From: Vitrella brassicaformis CCMP3155 | Lineage: Eukaryota; Protista; Chromerida | Direction: 5' to 3' | DNA: 64,000 bases | NCBI GenBank assembly: GCA_001179505.1 | Contig: CDMY01000007.1 | Span: forward strand, 62,001 to 126,000 | In this document: piece by piece, positions 1 through 12,293 of the stretch | Layout: each line of letters begins with the position of its first letter | Position numbering within the stretch: position 1 is the first letter of the stretch | Program-made: the position numbers and the translations under genes | Notes under the pieces: generated by a model | What the model was told of the DNA's origin: nothing | Seen by the model: only the letters and a program-made list of their open reading frames with translations | The model's database searches: none

Positions 1-799
1 TGTGTGTGTGTGCATGGCTGCAGGGATGTCATGTATGTGCAACTGAGCAGGGATGTCTGTGTGTTTTTGATGCTCTTATGCGTTGCCATGCCGCGGACGC
101 ACTCGCTGTGTGCATGTGTGTGTGCTCTGGGCGGTTCTGTTTGCCGTTGCACTGGCAGCATTTACAACGAAGCTGGCCGTCTCCGGCTAAGCCCGCAGAC
201 GGGGGTCTTTGACAAACGACACCGCAGGCCAAGATCTGTGTAGTGACGTGCTTCAGACGCGCTCACGCTACGTCATAATCAAAGGAAAAGTCGATCTCAT
301 CTGAGTCGGTCACGGCAGTCCACACCACTGGGAGGGAACCAAACACTCTCACGAATATAAAATGTAAGCAGCGATGTGATGTGTGACCGGCCGGCACAGT
401 TCCACACACACGAACTGCAATCCATTCAAGTACATCACCATATCATCCGACCGACTGCTATAGCGGGGGGTAACCTGCAGGCCCTGCAGGCAAGCAGACC
501 GCCTCACTCACATGCAGACCTGGTGACGAGAAAGAGACCAAGAAGGTGCGTTGCGCTGTCTGTCTCTCTCCCTCCGGCTGGGCTGTGCTGTCCTCACATT
601 CATGAATGAGGCCGCCACGCTAACGCTGCCTGACTGCCTCGTTATCCAACAGGCTCTCTGGCAGACGTCTGTTACAAATGACGCTTGCGTTGTCGACAGC
701 TGATGGCTATTTTGCGTGGCCAAGGGAGCAAAAGAGTCGTCCGGATATAAAATGTAGGCACCGATGAAAGACACCTGCAGACACACACCGGCACGGAAA

Positions 800-2193
800 T
801 GAAGGAGACATTATCGAACCGCTGGCTGCCCTGCCCAGGATGCCCACCCACTCACTCACTCACTCCATCCCCTCCACCTCGCCGAACTTGGCGGCCAGCG
901 GGCAGCAGGGCCGACCACTGGAGAGTGGGCGGCCGTCGGGCGCGACGAACTGCTCCATGTGGTCCTGCCACTCCAGCACGGCCAGCGTCTCCTTCCACAG
1001 CACTTGCGAGTAGCTCTCCAGGGCCGGCCGCAGGCTCCCCCTCTCAGCACGGCGTTAAGCAACACGCACAGCCCCCACTTGATAGTCGGCGCGCCCACCC
1101 ACACGGCCTCCTCCTCCCCCTCGCCAACCAAGATGCCGTCGGCCCTGAGCTGCTGCTTCAGCTCGCTGGCGGCGATGAGGTCGCTGTCCTCCTCATTCTC
1201 GGCCTCCTGCTTGACGGCGATATTGAGGAGCACCGATTCCGGCGGCCGGAACCCCGGGGTGCCCTCTGGAGCCTGATCGGCGGCCAGGCGGCGGGCCAAC
1301 CGCAGCGGGATGAGGGCGCTGGTGGCCGGGTCGAGGAAGGGCGGATTGGGGCTGGTGGTGGACTGCACCTTGACCGTGTTGGCGAGGTCGATGAATCTCA
1401 CCGACCCGCCAACATCAGCCGGCTGCTGGGGCGATGCCGACCGGAGGGCCGACCACTTCAGAAAGACGTTGCTCCAGGCCGGCCTGAGCGGCTGCGATGT
1501 GGCCTTGGGTCATGAGGTCCAGGGCATTGGTGACGACCAGTAGGTCTTGTGCCACCGCGGCCCTCTTCTGGGCCGTCCTGCCGCTGTACCGGTCGGCGAT
1601 GACCTCCACGCTGTACTCGGCCCGCAGCGGCTGCGACAGGTTGTACTTGGCCTGCTCGTCCTTAGTGTCCAGCAGCAGATCCCGCTGCTCCACAAACTCC
1701 TCTGCAACAGACGTCGAACCACACAGACAAGATAGAGAGGGACAGCCAGTCAGTGGGACCGTTGCCTGTGTCGTACTGCGTGTGTTGCCTCACACACCTG
1801 TCACTCGAGGCATGCCGATGACCACACAACACAGTCCACAAGGCCATCCCACCTCGGGCATCGTGTGGCGTCGGCGTCCTCGAAGAGGAGCTGCAGAAAC
1901 AGCGGGTCGCCCTCATCCTGGCGCATGCGGTCTGCCTCCCTCTGCAGCCCCGGCCCTAAACGCCGGCAGTCTGCGGCACCGTAGACCACCTTGACGACGG
2001 CGTCGATGGCCTCTGCCGGCTTCTCGGGGTTGGGGAGGCGCTTCTTGATGATGCCTGTTTTGCCGTCCCTGCCGATGCTTATCAAATCGCCCTCCCCGAA
2101 GTGCAGCACCACCGTGTCGTCGGCGAGCGGCTTGGTCAGCTCGATGGTCGCTGCTTGGGCGCTGCTGCTGCTGCTGCTGCTGCTCAGCTCTTT
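800..2193 (-). pseudogene. Divergent protein kinase pseudogene, paralog of the kinase at 54.8-57.2 kb
   Basis: Kinase motifs appear in order but across shifting frames: IGRDGKTGII (G-loop), VVK, LQREADRM (alphaC), AWSNVFL, FIDLAN, GTPGFRPPE, WGLCVLL. It aligns with the 55 kb paralog and shares its phase-1 intron (1702-1797). Lesions: 5-nt duplication at 1824-1833, frameshifting deletion near 1480, frameshift near 1037-1041, and TGA for Trp at 860-862. Both ends are approximate. Confidence 0.8.
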
Positions 2194-2238
2194 CTGTGGA
2201 CGGCGGCAGGCCAGAAAAGGCAGACAAGGACAGAGGGG

Positions 2239-3199
2239 ATGGCTACTGCTGGCAGGTCAGATTGGATGTGAATGTGTGTGTTGGTGTGTGTGGAGGGCTG
2301 TGTCTGCGTTCCTCCGCAACCTCGCGGCGAGCTGGGTGTCTCTGGCGCTGCTGCTGCTCGCGTTGGTGTTCGTCTTGATGGTCACCGTACAATGCGCCAA
2401 CCTGTGAGGATGAACACAGACACACAACACGACACTCTCTCACTTGTCTGTCTCTCTATCTCTCTCTCTGTCTTCTGCGTGTCAGCTACTACTTCTATCC
2501 GCCGCCACCGTAACACACACACACACAAGACTAGAGAGACACACACACACCTGCACGGACCTCTCTCCATGTCTCTGATGTGTGTGTGATGCATCTGCAG
2601 TGAGTTCACAGAGGTGCCGGCCGCCAAGTCCAAGCCGCCCGCCTCCCACTCGCTGATGCTCGACCTCAGCCCGGCCACTCTCGCTCTCACGGACGTGGAC
2701 GTGGCGCCACGAGCAGCGATGGTGGACGAACTCGACAAGGTCCTGTTGCAACTCAGCCCAAGATTCAAGCAGCAGCAGCAGCAGCAGCAGCAGCAGAGTG
2801 ACGGGCACACGGCCATCCGCGGCACACAGCACACTCAGACACAGACACGCGCCAAGTACCCCGACAAAGGTCAACAAAACCAAGTAGAACACACCATGAG
2901 ACACAAAGCACATAGCCATCTGTCTCTGTATCTGTGTGTGCAGATTGCGGTGCCGGTGCGGCTGATGCGGAGGAGGTCTCGGCTCGGGATCTGCCGAGAG
3001 AAGTCGATGTGCTGCCCGAAGGTACTATGTAATGTCACTCATCCAGCCTGTGTGTCATGTGGATGTGTGTGTCGCCTCGGTCGGATAATCAGATGAAGAG
3101 CTGGAGGTCGCATCGATCGCGAAGATCGTCAAGAGCGCCGTCCGCTTCGGATTCATCCTCGTCTTCATCATACTCCTCCTCGCCTACTGCGCATTGTAA
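2239..3199 (+). CDS. Hypothetical membrane protein with N- and C-terminal TM helices and a poly-Q tract, 6 exons
   Basis: Exons 2239-2255, 2296-2403, 2486-2509, 2601-2869, 2944-3021 and 3093-3199 join in frame with GT-AG introns. They give MATAGRAVSAFLRNLAASWVSLALLLLALVFVLMV...RFGFILVFIILLLAYCAL*. Confidence 0.7.
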
Positions 3200-3555
3200 C
3201 TAACGCCACACACCAAAACGCACAGCTGGAGGTGTCTCTCTCACTGTCGTGGATGTGTGTTGTGTGTTGTCAGTGTTCACGTATGGTTCACATTCCTGCT
3301 GCAGGGCTGCAAGAACATCACATCAGCAGCCGGACCAGCACAGTTCGAAGCCGAGGCGTGAGTGAACGGACCCACCAAACCCACCAACCAACCGACCAAC
3401 GAAGAGACACACAGCCGACAGACAGACAGACAGACAGACAGACAAGGGATGGATGAATGGATGGGTGGTGTGAACGGATGCATTGAGAGACGCACATGAA
3501 AGATGGCTACAGGCACCAACAGACATTGATTGCCATCGTGTCAACAAGTCATTCT

Positions 3556-3702
3556 CACACCACACCACATAAACGACACCTGTCTGTCTGTCTGTCTGTT
3601 TGTCCTCCCGCGGCACATCAACCAATGCACACACAAAGAGTCGGTCACCACTAGGAGATCAGATACACGCACTTACACGCACCACACCATGCCGCGAATG
3701 AA
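3556..3702. repeat. Direct repeat copy 1 (about 150 bp, imperfect)
   Basis: cacataaacgacacc...ggcacatcaaccaa...gtcggtca...agatacacgcacttacacgcaccac...catgccgcgaatgaa recurs in the same orientation at 7141-7302. Confidence 0.8.
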
Positions 3703-3859
3703 CCTGGATGATTATCGGTTTCCCTTCGAAGCAACGCGTACTTTGCCGGCGATGGGTGTCAGGCCGGTTCCCCGCACACAATTCAAACACACGTGCCTCA
3801 CCCCCACATAGTTAGCTTGTTGGCCAGACCGTCAGTCGGTGCACAATTAAGATCAATAT

Positions 3860-6800
3860 CAGCCCTTGCGCCCATCGACTACATCATCCACATCGGTCAA
3901 CCAACAAGTCAGTCTCTCGGTCAACAGAAGTCAGCCCATTATTCATTCATTCACATGCGTGTCATGTATGTCTGTCATCCGTTGTCTGAGAGCCTCTCCA
4001 TCCGTCCACTGCAGACCTCTCTCTATCTCTCTCACAATCAATCATGCAATCAGCGTGTTGTTGGTCTTGCACTGTGCCGCACACTCGTCTCTGATTTGTG
4101 TGTCGTACTGGTCCTTGTCGTTGGCCGTCGTGCAGCAGTGGCCGCACACGGCCCTCCGGCACGCGGCCTCACTGCTGCGCTGCGACGCCTGGGAACACAT
4201 GGCGAACACCTCACCGCGACCACCCACACACGAACTGCACAGAGGGAGAGGGACACACACATGAGTGGATGTGTGTGTGTTTGGGTGGGGGCTTGCCAGC
4301 GCACCTGAGGATGCTTTCGAGTGCGGTTTGTGTCTCGTGAGCGTGCTGGTCGTTCTCGTGGCACGCACGGGTGCACTCCACAAGTCCTCCACTCTCATCA
4401 CCCCCCACACTGATACATACCCCAAACACACACACACACCCGCACAGCCATGCAATGCCTTCCCCCGTCATTGTGTGTGGTGTACTTACTGGTGCTGGCA
4501 GCACTTGAAGCAGAATTGTCCCACATGAGCGCACTCGCTCAGTGCTGCACTCGGTTGCAGGTCGCGGCACACACGCTGCCGGTCGAGGGCGTGGCTGGCA
4601 GACAAACACACAGAGGCCGGGAGGGCGGCGAAGGACATCGCACTCTCCATTGCTGTGTGCGGCGGGATGACAATGTCCGGATGCTTTGATGATCGGAGGG
4701 GGCCGTGAGTGTCGCTGGCTGATGCGGCGGTGAGGGGGTGGGCTNNNNNNNNNNNNNNNNNNNNNNNNNNNNNNNNNNNNNNNNNNNNNNNNNNNNNNNN
4801 NNNNNNNNNNNNNNNNNNNNNNNNNNNNNNNNNNNNNNNNNNNNNNNNNNNNNNNNNNNNNNNNNNNNNNNNNNNNNNNNNNNNNNNNNNNNNNNNNNNN
4901 NNNNNNNNNNNNNNNNNNNNNNNNNNNNNNNNNNNNNNNNNNNNNNNNNNNNNNNNNNNNNNNNNNNNNNNNNNNNNNNNNNNNNNNNNNNNNNNNNNNN
5001 NNNNNNNNNNNNNNNNNNNNNNNNNNNNNNNNNNNNNNNNNNNNACAGGTGACACACATTCATGGATGGACGTCTCTGTGCGTTCGTCCCCTTTTGTTGC
5101 TCACATCGAGCTCGTGTAGACCGCCAGTCTGCAGTGTTGCCTTCTTGGTGTGCTTGGGGCCGTACACGTCGACGCGCAGCTCGGAGTGCTCGAAGGCCAC
5201 CTCGACCTTCAGCCACTGGCTGTCCGATGGGAAGCCGCCCGACCGGTCAGAAGCCAACACCGATACTCGGCCCTCGATCGACTTGCGCACCTACACGAGA
5301 CACACACACAAGGGGAGACGGATGGATGATGGATGGATGGATGACATTTATTTTACACATGCATTTATTCACTACCTGCAGGGCGTTTGGTGTGAGCACG
5401 ACGGCGTAGTAGCTGTCAGTGTGGTAGCGCAACACCACACCGACAGCTGCGTCGTCGCCAGAGCACTGGGGGAACATGTGCAGCCTGATGCGGCCATCTC
5501 GGCAAGTCACGTGACGCTTCACCAAGGCAACGGATTGCGGGACGCCAGACAACTATCACACCACACAAGAGAGACGTGCATCCCTCTCGCCCTGCCTCCC
5601 TCTCTGTGTGTGTGTGGTGGTGTCTCATCACATACCTGTGCGAGCACTTTTGGTGCGCCCGCCACGTTCGTCTTGTACTGCCAGTCGGACGTCACCGCCA
5701 TTGTGTCTCGGTCGCCGCCTCCGTCTGTGACGTGCCACGTCGGCGGCACGCCGCCGCCGAGTGCCGCAGCCATGCTGAAGTAGCTGCATTGAGGCGGAAG
5801 GGGCGGCACGAGCGTCGTGGACGGCGCCTCACACGGCGCTGATGTGAAGGCGAGTCGGTCAAAGTGGGCCTGCGCGCCACTCGTGAACACACCCACACTG
5901 CCACTGCACACCACACACACACACCCACACACACAGAGAGAGAGAGAGAGAGACAGAGATGGATCAGTCGATGCATTTGGTGTGTGTGTGTGGTTGGGGT
6001 GTGTGGTTACGAGATCAGTGATCCCCAGCGACTTGAGGTACGGCAACACGACTTTCAGCTGGCTGGCATCTCGCAGCTTTAAGGGTGCCATGCCGACTTG
6101 CTCACAGCTGTGGTGGGCATCTGCTGGCGTCTTGATGAGGTCGGAGATGCTGTGCCCCGCCCGTCGGCCGGCCGTGAAGAGGGAGAGGGTGGCGGCCGTT
6201 GGCGTGTGGCAGAAGGCGCGAAAGGGTGTATCGGCGCAGGGCGGCTGGACGTAGTAATAGCCAGATGGGAAGGCCGCATTGGCGGCCGCCTCGAGACACG
6301 AAGCCAGCGTCACTCTCGCGCCGGCCGTGTGGACGCGGCCGTGCTCGACCTGCAGGCACTGCTCCTCGCCGATGGATGTGATGCCGCTGATGAGTGTGAC
6401 TGTGGGGACGCCATAGCCGATGAGGCGGAGTGTGTTGATGCCGTAAAAGTCGTGGACGGGCCGACCCATCACCACCTGCATGGCCTTGACGCGCCTCGGT
6501 GCGTCGAACAACAGATCCTGACCAAGACAGAGATGCGACACAGACACACATATGTATCAATCTCTGTCTGTCCGGTCCGTGTCTGTCTCATAGATTGGCT
6601 GCTTGCCTGGTCGAATGATTCTTCTGTCCGTGGTGCCGTGCGCATGGGCAGCGCTGCCTCGTACTCGCGGCCGTCGACCGACGTCTTGATGGCCACCTCA
6701 CCCGGCGCGTATGCCCAGTGGATGGACACGCCCCGCACACGCTTGGGCATGCCCGACACAAAGCCCGTGAATGTCACGACGCCGCTGTCATTGTGGCCGC

Positions 6801-7040
6801 CAGCCGAACACCAATACCCCGACCCAGCCACGATGCCATTCTCTGCAGCAAACTCACGCGAAGACGAAACACTTTGTAATTAAGCAATGGCCTGCATTCA
6901 ACACAGAGAAACGAGAAGGGCGTGTGTGTTGACCTTCTTTGTTTCCCTTGCTGACCTTTGGCTGGAGGTCTGCTGCTTGTACGCCCTCGAGAGGAGCTCG
7001 CGCCTCACCCCCACAATTAATGAGCTTGTTGGCCAGATCG
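3860..7040 (-). pseudogene. Internally deleted, rearranged inverted copy of the LCCL/CCp-like gene
   Basis: Reverse-complement near-identity to parts of 43845-51722: first discoidin-like exon, NEC segment, levanase-like exons, Cys-rich end (TLIA* at 4042) and 3' flank. The signal-peptide exon, most of the ricin domain, discoidin 2 and LCCL are absent. A discoidin-2 end fragment (LANKL..LEGVQAADLQP) sits out of order at about 6957-7040. Confidence 0.8.
4745..5044. other. Assembly gap (300 N placeholder)
   Basis: The flanks map to 50828 and 50745 of the paralog, implying only about 84 bp is missing. All five gaps are exactly 300 N. Confidence 0.95.
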
Positions 7041-7140
7041 TCGTGCCCCCATGAAATTGTCATCCCATCCATCATGTCATGTCAACCAGCCCATTCATGC
7101 CAACAGTCACCCGACACCATACACCACACCATACCACACG

Positions 7141-7302
7141 ACACCACACCACACCGCACATAAACGACACCGACACCTGTCTGTTTGTCTGCCTGTCTAT
7201 CCCCGGCACATCAACCAACGCATTCACAAACAGTCGGTCATCACTCGGATGTTAGATACACGCACTTACACGCACCACATGTACCATGCATGCCGCGAAT
7301 GA
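7141..7302. repeat. Direct repeat copy 2
   Basis: Diverged same-orientation copy of 3556-3702. Confidence 0.8.
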
Positions 7303-7474
7303 ATAAATGAATTTGCACCACAGAGAGCACGCAACGAAACAACAGCACACATACACGGACATGCCCCCCCAGACCTTTCCCAGACCTGATGCGTTCGTCT
7401 CATCCATCTCATCCATTTATGGCCGCCTTCTGTTAGTTATTTGGCACGACGCGCGATGCGATCGATGCATTCAT

Positions 7475-9058
7475 TCAGGGACGGCGCCTATTGTGTGATG
7501 GCCAGGGCAGACGCCCGCCCATACCCGGGTGTGGGCCATTACGGCTGCCACCTCCCCCTCTGCTCCCTTGCTCTACCTGTCCGCCGCCCCCAGCCACACA
7601 CAAGACGGCAACAGTACATGTCGCGGACTCATCTTCCTCTGATGGCTCCGACAGTAATCGTGTCACCGTCACATCGACGGTTTGCACTTCTGTAGATGGC
7701 CGCCGACAAGTCAGCGAGAAGTGCATGCTGTCGTGGTCATAGACGAGCTCCCCCTCTTCGTCGGGCAGGACATGGTGCGCAGGGGTGATCTGAGGCGGAT
7801 GCCGTTTGCTCATCGGTAGGCCCTTAAGGACGTGGTTGACAGGGTAGGTGTATGGCGAGGAGCCCACGAGGGCCAAGAGAGGCGTGCCGAGATCCGGGCA
7901 GGTGAGCAATGCTGGCTCAGCGGCAGCGGCGGGCACGTGGGGGCAGTCGATGTGCACCAAACAGTCCACAGAACGGCCGGCGTCATCGATAACGATTGCC
8001 CACATCTGGGCATCCACAGGCCGGTCCTCTCCCTCCGTCACACACGACACCATCAAGGCTTGCTCGTCCTCATCAAAGGCCACATCCATGTGGCCGTAAG
8101 AATTTGGATAGAAGGAGAAGTTGCCCGCCGCAAAGCTGTCGGCAGCTTCCATGCTGTCGGCTGTATGCTGGGGCCCGGTGAGAGGGGGCGAGAAGAGAAA
8201 GGGGAGGGGCAGGGTGAGGAATTGGGTTGAGGCTGGGATGGCCATCACGGGAGGGGTGGCCGGGCACGTGAAGCTGCCCACATCCTCATCAACTTCCCCA
8301 CCGAATAAGGCTGCATCTTCGTCTTCGCACTCGATCTGCAGCGGACAGCTGCCCTTTGCCAACAGGCTGTTGTGCAGCTGGTCGACAATGGTGATGTTGA
8401 CAAGCTCTCTTCGCCTCCCCTTCGTCTCACACAGGGTCTCAAGCACCTGCTTCTGACGCGCGTGGGCGCTTCCCTTGAGTGCGCGCGGCTGGCGAAAGCG
8501 AGAAAGGGACGTCACCTCGTACCTGCGAGCGCATCCATGAACACCCACACAGAGGCACTCGCAGCAAGGTTCGATCACATCACACGCAGTCATGTGCATG
8601 CTAGCAATGCTTACTTACAGGATTGGGTAGCGTCGTTTGGCCTTGTCGACGTTGCCCTTGAGCCGCCTGCGGTTCTGCGCCAGAATGGCAGTTGTGTTGG
8701 CTTTGTAGGGGAAAAGCCTTTCGATGTACTCTGTGGTAATGTCGCCCACCAACCCAGTAATGGTCGGCGCCTGACTGGGGCAGGGGAACGTCGGCAGCTC
8801 ATCCGGCGAGTCTTTCCGCAGCAGGTCTTCAAGGAATGTCTGTTCTTCGGTGTCTGTGGTGTCAAAGCCAATGGGGCAGTCCCCACCACAGGGCGCAGAC
8901 TCGGGGCTCTCTCTCGTAGGTGCCTCCTTGGACCGTGCGCCATGACGCGTCCTTGCCTGTTGCGTGTCTGGGGAAGGCCTGACGCCGCTGACATTATCGC
9001 TGAGCCAAACGCAAAGCAGCAGGGCGCTGAGAAGCGGCCCTGTCCTCATCTTCTTCAT
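7475..9058 (-). CDS. Hypothetical secreted protein, 2 exons
   Basis: The signal-peptide-like start is MKKMRTGPLLSALLLCVWLSDNVSG. A GTAAGT...CAG intron (8618-8523) joins RRYPIL to YEVTSL in frame. Exon 2 is long, open and non-repetitive. No family recognised. Confidence 0.75.
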
Positions 9059-9666
9059 CGCCGGGCACACCAATCGGGTGGCGATCTCGGGCACCTTCTC
9101 CGCCAGCCTCGAAGCAGCGTCTTTTTTAAAAGTACAATGCGGCTGACTATTATTTCGTCAGAGCCTCGGAAGCTCATTGGGCTTCCTTGGACCGCCGAGA
9201 CATTGTTCGATGGGACCCCTCTCTCCCCTCTTGCGTAAGGATGCGTCACGAGTGCGAGAACAACACGTCGGCCAAGTTGCGTGGCGTTAGGCGAGGATAA
9301 GGCGAGCCTCCGGTGTACGGCAACGAGTATGGTCGTCGTTGAAGGGGCTTGAGGTGACCGACCGACTCAACTCATCAGAGAGAGATCGGGGCCGGAAGTT
9401 TTCCTTCCCACCGCCATTCGCCTGACACACAACTAACTGACTGCACGAGAGAGAGCCCTGCCCTGCCTGGAGTTTTGTGCACACAGCGCGGCCGTGTGAC
9501 GTGACAGAGTGCGTGTGCGTGTGAGTCTGTGTGTATGTATACAGACAGAAGGGTTGGTTAGAGTAGGCAGGCTACACAGACTGGTCTTGATGCTCTCGTC
9601 CAGCTAGCTACTTCCTGAGGCGTTTTGTTGTACCGTCGCCTCCTCTCCCCCTGTACAGCCGTCATT

Positions 9667-12293
9667 ATGGGGTTCCTTGCTTTCCTCGCTGCCGTCGCCA
9701 TTACACTGACCTGTAACCTACCTGCAACACACCAGACACCACACCACACCACAGCAGTACCAACAACCATCGATTGTGCCTGGTGTGTTGTGTGTGTACG
9801 TGTGTCATCAGGTGTATTCTGTCAGCCCAAGCAAGAGGAGCCTCCCGACGGGAAGGAGCTCCGGTCACCTTGGGTGCCCGAAGGCTACGAGAGGGACTGG
9901 GAGCACAGCGATGAGTTCGACGGCGACAAACTCGATATGAACAAGTGGCTCTATCGGGAGGAATGCGGACCGGAGTCGTGCCAGCTGCCGGAAATGGTGC
10001 GTGGGGGTGGGATATGACGTGACGCCACATACAGACAGACAGACAAGATAGATTGCTGCTGTTGGTCGGTTCGTGCAGGTGTCTTTGGTCGAGGGCAATC
10101 TGCGTGTGCAGATGTCGAGGCTTGAGAAGCCAGTGCCTGTCCCGAGCGGCAACTACTCACTCAACTATGCTGGGGTGCGTCATGGATACCACACACAAAC
10201 GGACCGGAAAGGCAGACAGACGGACCCTCTCTGTGCTGTGTGCCACTGGCTGCACTGCAGGGTGGTGTGATAACCAAGGACGCATTGCCGTACGGCTATT
10301 TCGAGGCGCGCATCAAGTTTTGGGAACACCCTGGCTTCTGGATGTCGTTCTGGGCCGCGACGGCCGAGTCTATCGACAAGGAGGCGTGTCAGAGCTGCAA
10401 GAACGTCTCGCAGCCGCGGCAGGAGATCGACTTGTTCGAGCATAATGGAGGCGTCAACGCGTACCAGTACAACTTCATCAAGTGGCACCCCGTCCCAAGG
10501 ATATACGTGGCTGGACGGCGGATCTACCCCGATACGGAAATCAACAAGGAATTCCACGTGTGGGGCATGGAGCACACGCCCATCGAGGTGAGTGAGATGC
10601 CCAACCAGTTAAACAAGAGAGAGAAGGAAAGGCGAGACAATTTGAATCTCTCTGTCCGTTCGGTTCGGTGGTGCAGACCCGCTTATATCTGGACGGCGTG
10701 TTGTTTGGTTCTGCGGACTGGAACACGATGTATGTGCGTGAGATGAGCGACTTCCACTACTGGCTGTCGGCCATCATCACCATCCACATCACACACTGCA
10801 TCACCGACGAGTCCAAGCTGCCGGGCGAGATGCTCGTCGACTACTTCAGATACTACAGACCAAAAACAGGTGAGTGAGGCGGGGCGGGGAGCCCACAGCC
10901 ATCCATCCATCCATCCTATTGGTCTCTCTCCCGCCCTCTGTCTGTGCATTGCAATGCATTGCAGGTCCCAAGTTCGTATTTTCTGAGCCGGACGGGGAGG
11001 CGGCGAAGGGAAAGGCAAAGAAGGCTAAAGGCGCACCAGAGAAGCGCGTCCGTGTGGGCGGCACCGACTGCCGCGGCGGCGGGCCCCTCCTCGCCCAGAC
11101 GCCCGCCTCCCTCACCCGACTGCACGAGTTCACCCTCTCCTTCTGGGTCAAACACGGCAAGCAGGATGCCACGTATGTCCCCTATGTGGGCTTCAGCCGG
11201 TCCGACAGCTCCAATGAGGACATCCTCGCCGTCGAGCTGGACAAGACCACACTCGTAGTCACCATTGCTGGCTCCGTTGGCACAGCCAAGCTGCAGGTGG
11301 AGGACTTTTGGAACCGGACTGGCGAGGCGGTCCCTGCTGCGCCCGAGCTGCCCAAGCCCACCAGGAGGCGGCGGGCATTGCGGCAAGCGCAGGTTGCGAC
11401 AATGACTGCACCGCCGCCTGCTGATGATGAGGGCAAAGAGGGGGAGGGGAAGGAGGCGAAGGGCGGTAGCGCCGGTGGCAGTGTGCCGTTGGAGTGGGAG
11501 CATGTGGGTGTGACGTGGAGCAGCCAGACGGGCCAGGTGATCGTCTACAGGAATGCACGCGTCGTCACTAGGAGCTCTGCAATGGTCAGCCAGCAAACAC
11601 ACACACACACACACACGCGCGAAGCCACAGCAGGATCTGTGCTGTTCGTTCTCTTCATGTGTGCAGAAGGGCAAAGTCCTCCCTCGAGACGGGCAGGTCA
11701 CTCTGGGCAGGGTGCTGGCCACACCAAAGTCGGCCCCCTCACTCGTGGGCGAGCTGTCCAACGTCAAGCTCTTCTCTCGCCAGCTGACGCACCGGGACCT
11801 GTCGACGGTCTACTTCTGTCTCAACGTGTTCGGCGATCTGGCCGATACACAGTGGTCAACGGCTTCCATCCAAGCGGAGGGTGGCGTGGAGGTGAGCGAG
11901 TCCAACGACGCGCGGTGTCCCTCTCCGTGGGAGGGCCCCGCCGTCGCCCCCGATGTGGTCATCCCCATCGAGATGGGCTCCCTCTTCCGGCCTGACCTCG
12001 TCAGCGGCCTCCCGTCCCTCCACACCCAATCCTCCCTCACCACACCCACTACGGCCGACACGTCATCCGACCGGCGGCAGCTGCAGCAAGTCTTCCACGG
12101 CGACGTGACGCCCGAAATCGTCAACTGCGTCGGGGAGGAGCCGGCGCAGTACTTTTTCCCAAAGATACGGCATTACGACATCAACACGCTGCAGCAGTGG
12201 GAATCGCCGTTGGGTGTTGACGAGGAGATGAGTGCGCCAGCAGTGAGGCCCCCGCCACATGAGAAGGAGGATGCAGATTCGACGGGGTCATAG
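9667..12293 (+). CDS. Secreted glycoside hydrolase family 16 with a C-terminal LamG/pentraxin-like domain
   Basis: Signal peptide MGFLAFLAAVAITLTC is followed by GH16 motifs WEHSDEFDGDKLDMNKW, YGYFEARIK, GFWMSFW, catalytic EIDLFE, EFHVWGMEHTP and GEMLVDYFRYY. Then come LamG-like FTLSFWVK, WEHVGVTWSSQTGQVIVYRN and GELSNVKLFSRQL. About 7 exons with GT-AG introns. Confidence 0.88.

Noticed and set aside
1991-2407. + ORF with signal-like MVAAWALLLLLLLL (ATG 2144)
   Set aside because: The poly-Leu is the antisense of the kinase-frame poly-Ser (CTG repeat), and the ORF must read through a GT-rich intron. The spliced model from ATG 2239 fits the phases better.
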